Below, one piece after another: positions 10,301 to 18,294 of a stretch of DNA of 64,000 nucleotides. This DNA is from an uncultured delta proteobacterium (GTDB lineage: Bacteria > Desulfobacterota > Binatia > Bin18). The notes below the pieces were generated by a model. The model saw nothing but the letters and a program-made list of their open reading frames with translations. It did not search any database and was not told the DNA's origin. Position numbers and translations under genes: made by a program. The stretch spans positions 128,001 to 192,000 of the forward strand of contig CAVTCR010000056.1 in the NCBI GenBank assembly GCA_963733195.1, read 5' to 3'. Each line of letters starts with the position of its first letter. Position 1 is the first letter of the stretch.

Positions 10301-10859
10301 ACTCGAGTTGACTCTTGACTTGTTCGCGATTCGCGCGCTCAAGCTCGAGGTTCTTCTGGATCGCATTATCAAACGTAGACAAGAGGAGATCTATAATCTG
10401 CATGGGATCAGAGGCAAAACGGTACTTCTGTCCAGAGAAGAAGATCTCGATGCTCCCGTCTGTAGGAGGAGTCTTGCGGAGTTGTTGGTTGGCTAAGATG
10501 TACTGAAGACGGGAGAGGAGGAACTGCTCGTTGCACGGTTTGGTGATGAAGTTGTCAGCTCGATTCTCCAGGGCCTTAATCACATCGCGAGAATCGTTGA
10601 GTGTAGTGAGGAGAATAATTGGAATGTCTGCAATTGCCGGCTCCTCTTTGATCCGGCGGCAAAGTTCGTATCCATCCATTTCCGGCATGACGATGTCACT
10701 GATGACGATCGTGGGCCGATGTTCATGAATGGCAACTAACGCCTCGACGCCGTTTCGGGCAAAGGAGACGCGATAATCATGCTGCTCTAAGATGTGCCGT
10801 AACTGCACAGCTTGTGTTGGGCTGTCTTCAACGATCAGAATTTCAACATCGTTGCTCAT
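7338..10859 (-). CDS. hybrid sensor histidine kinase REC-PAS-HisKA-HATPase-REC-REC-REC-Hpt, at the position WspR occupies after cheB
   Basis: H-box [13 protein letters not shown]-box NLVGNALKF, G1 DTGIG, G2 GGTGIGL, four receivers with phospho-Asp, Hpt [15 protein letters not shown] 10859 preceded by GAAGGA. Confidence 0.95.
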   Translation of the reverse strand: MSNDVEILIVEDSPTQAVQLRHILEQHDYRVSFARNGVEALVAIHEHRPTIVISDIVMPEMDGYELCRRIKEEPAIADIPIILLTTLNDSRDVIKALENRADNFITKPCNEQFLLSRLQYILANQQLRKTPPTDGSIEIFFSGQKYRFASDPMQIIDLLLSTFDNAIQKNLELERANREQVKSQLELKKLNEQLEQRVRERTRKLAISEANHRRLLEHNADAIIVVDQDSIVHFINPAAEALLERPAEAILNTPLAFPISIGKTSEVVIPRKNGDILVAEMRGVETSWEGETAVIASLRDITERKRAEETLQKAKEAAEAADQAKSDFLANMSHEIRTPMNGILGMTGLLLDSKLMPEQREHAETVKGCAESLLSIINEILDFSKIEGGKLDLEVIDFDLHPTVEEVVDLFATQADDKKLELACLIYHDVPSALRGDPGRIRQVLNNLVGNALKFTEHGEIVLRVMLISQTATHAIVKFAISDTGIGIPPERMDRLFQTFSQVDASSTRKYGGTGIGLAISKKLTELMGGEIGVESDLSKGSTFWFTIPFEKQAHDTLPTSPLRANLNGLRALIVDDNQTNRTILRHQLTSWGMKPHTAKDAHQALEMLATAAEEDRAYDLAILDFQMPEMDGISLAKEINNNPALAATRLVLLTSVGRRGDGERARDVGIDAYLTKPVRQSQLYECLRTVLGQPAKPQEVARPVLVTRHTLAEAQHQTRPRILVAEDNPVNQKLIARLLEKMDYRADVAANGLEAIDALSRVSYAAVLMDCQMPEMDGFEATAVIRKRDSEKGQHTPVIAVTAHAMKGDRERCLAAGMDDYITKPVKSDDLKVSLNRFLPRTQEVSVVKAPALPQKPAEKRPPTVLVSPSSEVALRPSLVPVVNVQDQEGIRPNSVDPVQVPVDVVATPPSVPKTPRLLVAEDNPVNQKLIVRLLEKLGHQADVAANGIEAVEAMSQLGYSIVLMDCQMPEMDGFEATAEIRKRDVQDGIHTPVIAVTAHAMKGDRERCLAAGMDDYVSKPVRSEELKAALDRWLQKASAPRLESPPPVTTLVPVKVKEAFDAQEALARVDGDKELLGEMAALFLEEYPRFLAQIQEAISKKDSSSLSYAAHTLKGSVGNFAASDAFEAAFTLERIGRYGDLTQASDALVHLEAALSRLTPALGKLTTEVLA

Positions 10860-10908
10860 GGCAGTTCCTTCACTCTTCCTTCGCACGCTCCGTTCTACCA
10901 GCGGGCTA

Positions 10909-11961
10909 TTAGACTTTCGGCACGAGCTTCACTAACGCCTCCACAATACGCTCCGGAGACAGCACATGCACAGCAGCTCCGAGGTGAATGGCCTCGCCCG
11001 GCATGCCATGGACAGCAGAGCTTTCTTTATCTTGGGCGATCGTGATTGCTCCTTTTTCACGGAGAACTTTGAGTTCTGCCGCTCCATCTTTTCCCATACC
11101 TGTCAATAACACTCCAATGGCTTGATTACCAAGAGTCTCGGCGACTGAACGAAATAGATGCGAAACGGCAGGTCGCAGGTTATTTTCCGGAGGAGTTTGG
11201 CTAAGTATGGCACAAGGCCCACGCTCGATGCCAAGATGAAAACCGTCCGGAGCCAAGTACGCATGGCCGGGCAACAGGAGATCTCCGTGGGCAGGAATAC
11301 GAACTGGGAAATGGGTGACTTGGCTTAACCACTCGACCAGACCCGGTAAGAATCCGACGGCAATGTGTTGGACAATGAGAACGGGCACAGAGAAGTGTTT
11401 CGGGAGACTGGAAAGCAAGATCTGGAGAACCGGTGGTCCACCCGTGGAAGCTCCGATGGCGACCACTTTTATTGCCGTTGTGGGGTGGGACATTTCTGGC
11501 AGCGGCGGAACGACGAGCTGAGCAGGCTGTTCGATCTGTCGTCGCGGCCAACGTCGTACCACTTTGACTTCCGACATGAGCTTGATGGTTTGCACGAGCT
11601 GCTGGGCAGTTGATGCAAAATCCTTATGCCCAAGTCCGCGGGGTTTCTCAACGCCGGCTAGCGCTCCGGCCTCCATTGCACGAAACGTAGTCGCAACTTC
11701 CTGCGGATCCCAATTGGCACTGACAATCACAATTGGTACCGGCGTGGTTTCCATAATTCGACGTGTCGCGTCGAGCCCATTCATCTGCGGCATATTGAGA
11801 TCCATAGTGATCACATCTGGACGTTGCCGCGTCACGAACTCGACGGCCTCTGCGCCATTATTGGCTGTCCCAATGACACTGACCTCAGGATCGGTGCTCA
11901 GAATATGCCCAATGAGTGCTTGTTGGACCGGAGAATCTTCGACAATGAGGACTTTGACCAT
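10909..11961 (-). CDS. cheB: chemotaxis response regulator protein-glutamate methylesterase (WspF-like)
   Basis: N-terminal REC plus methylesterase motifs IGASTGGP, IVQHI, LLTGMGKDG. Confidence 0.96.
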   Translation of the reverse strand: MVKVLIVEDSPVQQALIGHILSTDPEVSVIGTANNGAEAVEFVTRQRPDVITMDLNMPQMNGLDATRRIMETTPVPIVIVSANWDPQEVATTFRAMEAGALAGVEKPRGLGHKDFASTAQQLVQTIKLMSEVKVVRRWPRRQIEQPAQLVVPPLPEMSHPTTAIKVVAIGASTGGPPVLQILLSSLPKHFSVPVLIVQHIAVGFLPGLVEWLSQVTHFPVRIPAHGDLLLPGHAYLAPDGFHLGIERGPCAILSQTPPENNLRPAVSHLFRSVAETLGNQAIGVLLTGMGKDGAAELKVLREKGAITIAQDKESSAVHGMPGEAIHLGAAVHVLSPERIVEALVKLVPKV

Positions 11962-11983
11962 AGTGACGGTTCCTTCTTCTTTT

Positions 11984-14900
11984 TTAGATCAGTCGCTGGA
12001 TGACATCCAGCAGGTTGCTTTGATCGAAGCTGGTTTTCACGATGTAGGCATCCGCACCCACGGTGATGCCACGCTCGCGGTCTTCGCGCGAATCGAGGCC
12101 GGTGACCAAGACGACAGGGATCTGTGCTACCTGCTCGGTCTCGCGAATCTTTGCGGTGAGTTCGAATCCATTCATCCGAGGCATTTCGACGTCTGACACC
12201 ACGAGATCAAAATCCGTCTTTTTCAGGAGGGAAAAGGCGTCAGCGCCATCGACGGACGTGGTGACTTGATACCCCGCTGACTCAAGAATGCCTTTGAGCA
12301 GCATACGTGAGGTGACGGAATCTTCGGCAACGAGGACGGACTTTTTGAGCACCTCGTTGTCGTCGTCGGCTGTGAGCATAAGCGTATGCCTCCCTCCTGT
12401 TTCACTTGCAGACTTCAGCAGGTCCGGAACATGGAGAATAGGAACAACCTTTCCTGAACCCAAGACGGTTGCTCCTGCTACATTTGGCACCTGAGATAGA
12501 AACGTCCCAAGACCTTTAAATAGCACTTCTTGTTCGTTTTCTACTTCATCAACGCAACACGCGATCCGCTTCTCTGCTGAACCAAGAATGAGCGCAAGCT
12601 GGCCGTCCTCGTCTGCATGTTGAGATCTTTTGCGCGGGAGTTGTAAGAGCATGTCAAGATTGACGAAGGCGATTGGGCGTCCGTCGAGAAAAATAGTTTC
12701 TTTGCCTTCGATTGTTTTGATGTCCCCTCGCTTGATCCGTGCCACACGTTCGATACTGGTTGTGGGGATGACAAAGGTATGGCCAGCGGCTTCTACGAAT
12801 ACGCCTCGAAACGTTGCGAGGGTAAGGGGAACGACAATCCGGAACGACGTGCCTTCACGGAGATGCGTCTCAACCGAGATCTGTCCGCCTAGTTTCTCAA
12901 TCTTCTCTCGAACAATGGCCATGCCAAGCCCACGGCCGGAGATGTCCGTGACAATTGGACTGGTGGAAATCTCGGACTGGAAGATCAGGGCAAGCGCGGC
13001 TTGCTCATCAAGTGCTTCTGCAGCCTGTGCAGAAAGGTACCCCTTCTTTACAGCCGCCTGTGCCACTTTTTCATGATCGATTCCTCCGCCGTCATCGGAG
13101 ATGACAATCTCGACTGAACTGCCACTAGTCTGCGAAACGGTAATGACGATGGTCCCACGTGGTGGCTTTTCGTAGTGCGTGCGCACCTCCGGGGTTTCAA
13201 TCCCGTGGTCAAGACTGTTACGAAGCAGATGGACCAGCGGCGTTTTCAGTTCTTCGAGAATGCGTTTGTCGATTTCTACCTCACTCCCTCGGGTGAGTAA
13301 TTCGACTTCTTTGCCGAGACTGCGCGACAAATCTCGGACCATCTTCGGAAAAATTTCAAGGAGTGAGGAGAAGGGCATCATGAGGACACGTTTGGTATTT
13401 TCCAGCAAATTATCAACTAGTGCTCCGACTGTTTGCTGGTCGTGTTCCGCAGCTTTTACTAATCCCTTCAGTCGATTCTCGATAGCAATGAACTGCTGCT
13501 CATTCCAGTAGATGAAGTCGACCAAAAGTGGCCCTGTTTGTGTGTACGAGTCATTGTGTTGTGCCCAATCGTCCGTAGCCTCAAATAACCGTTGCATTTT
13601 GCGGACTTCGGATGAGATTTTTGACCATTCCTTGCGCCATTCTCCCAACAGTCCCATCATGTCTTTGAGGTCCGAGGCGTGTTGGTTGAGCGAAAGTTTC
13701 GCAGATAACATCTCTTCCGCTTGTAGGAAGAGCGAATCGAGCTTGGCGGTTGTCACTCGAATGGTGTCTTCTCCAACCGGTTTCGCTGGCACATTTAGTT
13801 GATCGCTATGACCACTGCTTTGCCCAAGTGTAACCGTCTTTTCCCTAGTGCGGTCAGCACGCGAGTGCTCTATTGGTACCGCGGGAGCGGATGACACAGG
13901 AGAAAGGGTCGGTGAGAGGTCTGCCCCAAGTGGTTGAGAGGGTGCGACAAGAGGAGGCTTTTGTGTTGGTGCCGCCGGATTGGCTGGTGCTGGGTGTTGG
14001 TCCACCCCTATGGCTCCATCGGTTTCCAATCGAATTAATCGTTGAACCGCTTCCGCGATTTGCGTTGCATGTGGCTCGTTAGGTTCACTTAACAGCACCT
14101 CGACGGTATCAAGGCTTTGGTGAATAGCATCGAATCCTTCGAGGGAAAGCTGAAGCTCGCCACGCTTGAACCGTGCAAAGACGCCTTCCAGTGCTTGGCA
14201 TACGGCTTCCACATCCGTCAGGTCGACAGCACGAGACGCACCTTTGAGACTGTGCGCCTCACGGAAGATTGTTTCTAACAGAGGCTGTTGCTCGTCAGGT
14301 CCGTTCGCCTTCTCCAATGCCACTACCCCGGCGACCATAGCTTTGAGGTGCTCATCGGCTTCCAGACGGAAGGTCGCAATCAGTTTCTCGAGGAAATCAC
14401 TAGTAGAACCTGCTCCTACAAGTTGTGAGACACTAGGCAGTGGTGCTTGCAGAAAGTTACCTTTGGACGAGGTTGCATCGATGGGTGAGGGGGCTGCGGA
14501 AAGAAGGGTGTAGGGTTCCTCGCCCATCGAACTTGTGGGTGAGGTTGCATGTGGAGGGGACGAGGGAGAGAGGCTGTGTTCTGCAGGAAGAGAAATGGTT
14601 AATGAGGTCTGAAGCGCAGTCTCCTCTGATACTGAAGAGGTGGTTTCAATCTTCGCCGATGGAGCTGTTCTTTGGTGGCTCTCAGTTTCTAATTGGGAAA
14701 GCCTTTGTACCGTCTCTGCGACCTGTGTCGCGTGAGGTCCATTGGGTTCTGCTAATAGTGCGTCCACTGTGTCTAACGCATGATGGACGATATCGAAGTC
14801 TGCTGGTATCAGTACCAGCTCCTGGCGCTTCATCTTTGCAAAGACCCCTTCCAATGCCTGGCATACCGCTTCGACTTCTGTGAGATCGACCGCCCGTGCC

Positions 14901-15079
14901 GCACCCTTGAGACTATGAGCTTCGCGGAAAATGGTTTCTACGATCGGTGTCTGTTCGTCCGGAGTCGTGGCTGTCTCCAGGGCAAGCAACCCACTGATCA
15001 TAGCTTTGAGGTGCTCGTCGGCTTCTAAACGAAAGGTGGCAATTAACTGGCTCAGAAAATTACTGTTCGCGCTGCTCAT
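11984..15079 (-). CDS. cheA: CheA/WspE-like hybrid chemotaxis kinase with two tandem Hpt domains and C-terminal receiver
   Basis: IFREAHSLKG occurs twice; HLLRNSLDHGIE, DDGGGID, SGRGLGM, CheW domain, REC LVVSDVEMP. Confidence 0.95.
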   Translation of the reverse strand: MSSANSNFLSQLIATFRLEADEHLKAMISGLLALETATTPDEQTPIVETIFREAHSLKGAARAVDLTEVEAVCQALEGVFAKMKRQELVLIPADFDIVHHALDTVDALLAEPNGPHATQVAETVQRLSQLETESHQRTAPSAKIETTSSVSEETALQTSLTISLPAEHSLSPSSPPHATSPTSSMGEEPYTLLSAAPSPIDATSSKGNFLQAPLPSVSQLVGAGSTSDFLEKLIATFRLEADEHLKAMVAGVVALEKANGPDEQQPLLETIFREAHSLKGASRAVDLTDVEAVCQALEGVFARFKRGELQLSLEGFDAIHQSLDTVEVLLSEPNEPHATQIAEAVQRLIRLETDGAIGVDQHPAPANPAAPTQKPPLVAPSQPLGADLSPTLSPVSSAPAVPIEHSRADRTREKTVTLGQSSGHSDQLNVPAKPVGEDTIRVTTAKLDSLFLQAEEMLSAKLSLNQHASDLKDMMGLLGEWRKEWSKISSEVRKMQRLFEATDDWAQHNDSYTQTGPLLVDFIYWNEQQFIAIENRLKGLVKAAEHDQQTVGALVDNLLENTKRVLMMPFSSLLEIFPKMVRDLSRSLGKEVELLTRGSEVEIDKRILEELKTPLVHLLRNSLDHGIETPEVRTHYEKPPRGTIVITVSQTSGSSVEIVISDDGGGIDHEKVAQAAVKKGYLSAQAAEALDEQAALALIFQSEISTSPIVTDISGRGLGMAIVREKIEKLGGQISVETHLREGTSFRIVVPLTLATFRGVFVEAAGHTFVIPTTSIERVARIKRGDIKTIEGKETIFLDGRPIAFVNLDMLLQLPRKRSQHADEDGQLALILGSAEKRIACCVDEVENEQEVLFKGLGTFLSQVPNVAGATVLGSGKVVPILHVPDLLKSASETGGRHTLMLTADDDNEVLKKSVLVAEDSVTSRMLLKGILESAGYQVTTSVDGADAFSLLKKTDFDLVVSDVEMPRMNGFELTAKIRETEQVAQIPVVLVTGLDSREDRERGITVGADAYIVKTSFDQSNLLDVIQRLI

Positions 15080-15336
15080 CGTTCCCTCGCACGTGCATTG
15101 GATCTCGACTTCCTATCCTCGGTGGCTCCAGCGTGCCTTGCGACTCCCGAGTGAATACACTCGTGCATGCTGTTTGAGAAGCAAGATCGTGCCTTGTCTG
15201 CTAGGACAATGATGATGCTCACGAGGATTGTGGTACCCCCTGTGGACTGGACCTCAGAGTGTAATATCGAGAGAAAGAGGGGAATCTTTAGAGAAAACGG
15301 GGTACATCATAACGAGAGTATCTTAGTCCTCCGGAG

Positions 15337-15984
15337 TCACTCCTCGTGGTTGCCAAGTCGTATACTAGTCAGCAGTTTAGTTGCATCTAAAACTACCACT
15401 CCCTCGTTCGTGATCCCTTGAAGATAGCGAGCGCGTGAATTGGCTAGAGTTGAGAGTGGCGGATGGATTGTTGCTAGAGGAAGACTGCGGATACCTATGC
15501 CCAGATCCGTGACAATCCCGACCTCGAGCTCCCCAGCTTTCATCAGGATCACCGTGCTTTGCTCAGATATCTGCCGTCTGGCTAAGCCGAGCACAGAGGC
15601 GAGATCAACGACCGGAAGGATACGACCGCGGACATTGATAACGCCAAGAACAAAAGCAGGAGTACATGGGAGCGGTGTGAGCCCCTTGAGTGGATATACC
15701 TCGCGGATAGCGATCGAGGGAAGGGCATAGGTTTCCTCCCCAAGATGGAACTCGGCAACTTCGAGTTGGAGCCCCGTGGCCTCCGTCTCTTCTCGTGGAC
15801 GTGCGAGGGTTTGGGCACGTGCTTTCAACAGTGAGAGTTTCTCTTCTGTAGTTAACCCAGTTCTTTGCTGCGTTGCCTTTTGCATCTGTGCCATTTTCTG
15901 CTGGACCGCCTGCCAATCGATCGGAGTACCAGAGGAAATCCCAGTGGTCTGCAGAGAACTCTTCGTCAGGTTCGGATTCATCAT
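15337..15984 (-). CDS. cheW: chemotaxis coupling protein CheW (WspD-like, N-terminal extension)
   Basis: LLKARAQTLARP...LTPLPCTPAFVLGVINVRGRILPVVDL. Confidence 0.93.
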   Translation of the reverse strand: MMNPNLTKSSLQTTGISSGTPIDWQAVQQKMAQMQKATQQRTGLTTEEKLSLLKARAQTLARPREETEATGLQLEVAEFHLGEETYALPSIAIREVYPLKGLTPLPCTPAFVLGVINVRGRILPVVDLASVLGLARRQISEQSTVILMKAGELEVGIVTDLGIGIRSLPLATIHPPLSTLANSRARYLQGITNEGVVVLDATKLLTSIRLGNHEE

Positions 15985-15998
15985 TACACTCCTTAGTA

Positions 15999-17567
15999 TT
16001 ATCGCGGAAGCATCGTGCGGATGAGATCGGATAATCTCCCGGCTGTCAGACCTTCGGATTCTGGAATAATCCTCGCATGCTCGTACCGATGAAGTAGCGC
16101 GAGTGCATTCTGGAAATGTCGACGGGCGTTCTTAATTTTCTTTTGTCGGAGAGAGAGGTTCCCCAGGGTGAAATGCGCGAGTATAAACTCGCTATCGAGG
16201 TATAATGTTTGTCTGAGAGCCTGGGTTGCTTCTTCTTCCCGGCCTTGCTCGAGGAGGACGGTAGCTAAGAGGTAATAGAATCGCGGATTCAATACATCTG
16301 TGGCGATCGCTCTGTGGCACCAGGCAATGGCTTCGTCAAGTGCACCTTGGTTCGTACAGGTGCGAATCAGCAGGAGCGTTTCCTCTTGATTAAGAGGAGA
16401 CGGCTCTTGCTCCTGGGACAACAACACGTCGCGTAATTTCTCGCTCGCCTCAGTATAGTGACCTTGTCTGTATAGAGTTTGTGCTTCTGCGTAGGCTGCT
16501 GACGCCTGATTCGACACTGGAAACAGTTTGCCCTCGAGTGTCGGAGTAGAATTCGGGAGTATTGCCACAAGCTGTTCGTTTTCCTTGATCTGTGTGGAGA
16601 ACAATGGCTCAGCCAGGGCTTTCAGATCAGACAGGTGTTGAGCGTGCGGACGGCTGGAGGTCCCTGCCAGTGACGGTAGGGCAAGTGGCTTCTCTCCGAA
16701 CGCTGACTGATGGGGATGTACACCTTTGCGATGGACAATGATGCCCGGCAAGGGGATGGCCGTAAAAGGGGACTGTGAGAGATACGGTGTCTCACTTGGA
16801 CTGACGATTAACCATCCACCCTCAGCGAGTGTATAGTGGAAATTACGAATCACCGTTTGTGCTCGTTCTGATGAGAAATAAATGAAGACGTTGCGACAGA
16901 AGATGACGTCAACCGTAGCCGTGGTGTTCAGCGGGGGAGGAAAGACTTCGTCTGCGAGATTGAGCGGGAAAAAAGTCACCATTTGTTTGATCTCTGGGCA
17001 GATCACGAACCGACTGTCAGTCGTACGTTGAAAGTAGCGGGTCTTGATCCATTCTGGGGTGTTACGGAAGGACCAGTCGGTATACACACCGCTTGTGGCA
17101 CGCTGTAAAAACCGAGGGTTAATATCCGTTCCGATGATTGAGACACGCCAGTCGGAAAGCTGTGGACTCATCGTGGCAAGCGTGATGGCGATGGAATACG
17201 GCTCCTCGCCGGTACAACAGGCGGCGCTCCAAATACGGATGTGTCGTTCCCCGGATTGTCTATCCTGTATGAGTGCTGGAAGGATCTGTGTCGTCAGCAC
17301 TTCGAGTCCTCGATGTTCACGAAAGAAGTAAGTCTCACCTACAGTGAAATGGTCAGCGAGTACGGCGATTTGTTGCTGCGTGAGCGGAGCGGAATGTAAC
17401 CAGTCAATACAGGCCTGGACATCGGAAAAGCCAAGATCGCGGGCGGCTGCACGAATCCCACGTTCGAGATCGTGCCAGCGGTCAGACGGGAAATGCCATC
17501 CCATTCGCGTGGCAATGAGACTACTGAATTGTGCAAGGACAAAATCTGGAAGCGAAGTGACGGGCAT
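15999..17567 (-). CDS. cheR: CheR methyltransferase with C-terminal TPR domain (WspC-like)
   Basis: TVGETYFFRE, RIWSAACCTGEEPYS, GTDIN, FCRNVFIYF; TPR-like C-terminus (ALRQTLYLDSEFILAHFTLG). Confidence 0.94.
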   Translation of the reverse strand: MPVTSLPDFVLAQFSSLIATRMGWHFPSDRWHDLERGIRAAARDLGFSDVQACIDWLHSAPLTQQQIAVLADHFTVGETYFFREHRGLEVLTTQILPALIQDRQSGERHIRIWSAACCTGEEPYSIAITLATMSPQLSDWRVSIIGTDINPRFLQRATSGVYTDWSFRNTPEWIKTRYFQRTTDSRFVICPEIKQMVTFFPLNLADEVFPPPLNTTATVDVIFCRNVFIYFSSERAQTVIRNFHYTLAEGGWLIVSPSETPYLSQSPFTAIPLPGIIVHRKGVHPHQSAFGEKPLALPSLAGTSSRPHAQHLSDLKALAEPLFSTQIKENEQLVAILPNSTPTLEGKLFPVSNQASAAYAEAQTLYRQGHYTEASEKLRDVLLSQEQEPSPLNQEETLLLIRTCTNQGALDEAIAWCHRAIATDVLNPRFYYLLATVLLEQGREEEATQALRQTLYLDSEFILAHFTLGNLSLRQKKIKNARRHFQNALALLHRYEHARIIPESEGLTAGRLSDLIRTMLPR

Positions 17568-17578
17568 ACCCCCCACTT

Positions 17579-18037
17579 TCAGGCGGCTTGTAGGGCCTTG
17601 TCCAAAGTACGCTCTTCGTCGAACGACAAGCAGGCCTCGAGGTCATGAATGAGGATGACACCATCCTCTTGCTTTACTGCACCAGTCACGTGTTCTATGG
17701 AAGGCAGGATATCGGCTCGATGGACGATAGCCTGTTTAGAAATATCGATAACGCCGATGACCCTATCGACGGTCAGTGCGACCGTCCGCCGCGGCGTGTG
17801 GGCGATGATAAACTGATCTGCCGGGTCAAGGGTACGCTCGGGTAGCTGAAAACGCCGTCGCAGATTGATCACTGGTATCACTTGTCCTTGAACGTTAATG
17901 ATCCCTATGACAATGCCTGGAGCCTTGGGGAGTGGGGTGACATAGGCAGCAGGGACGACTCGCTCAACGTTCGGTAACGGTAAGGTGTACTGCTGATCAT
18001 CAAGGGTGAAGATCACATGTTGGTCAAACAGGCCCAT
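17579..18037 (-). CDS. cheW: chemotaxis coupling protein CheW (WspB-like)
   Basis: VTPLPKAPGIVIGIINVQGQVIPVINLRRRF. Confidence 0.93.
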   Translation of the reverse strand: MGLFDQHVIFTLDDQQYTLPLPNVERVVPAAYVTPLPKAPGIVIGIINVQGQVIPVINLRRRFQLPERTLDPADQFIIAHTPRRTVALTVDRVIGVIDISKQAIVHRADILPSIEHVTGAVKQEDGVILIHDLEACLSFDEERTLDKALQAA

Positions 18038-18294
18038 AACTCCTATACCTCCAATATGTGGATGCGCGGAGGGTCGTGCGGGTGCCGTCGGTGTCTGACT
18101 CGCCTCACAGAATAATGATAGAATATCACTTTAAGTGAATATTAACCAACAAATATCTTCTACCTTGTCATCATCTCGCGGCAGAAAGAGGCAGAGTGAC
18201 CTACGCAACTGCCGACACTTGCTGCAGTATATCGGTAGCTTTCCCTGTGTCCTTAATCGACCTGTAGGTCGCACCTGCAGTGACCAGTACGTAT

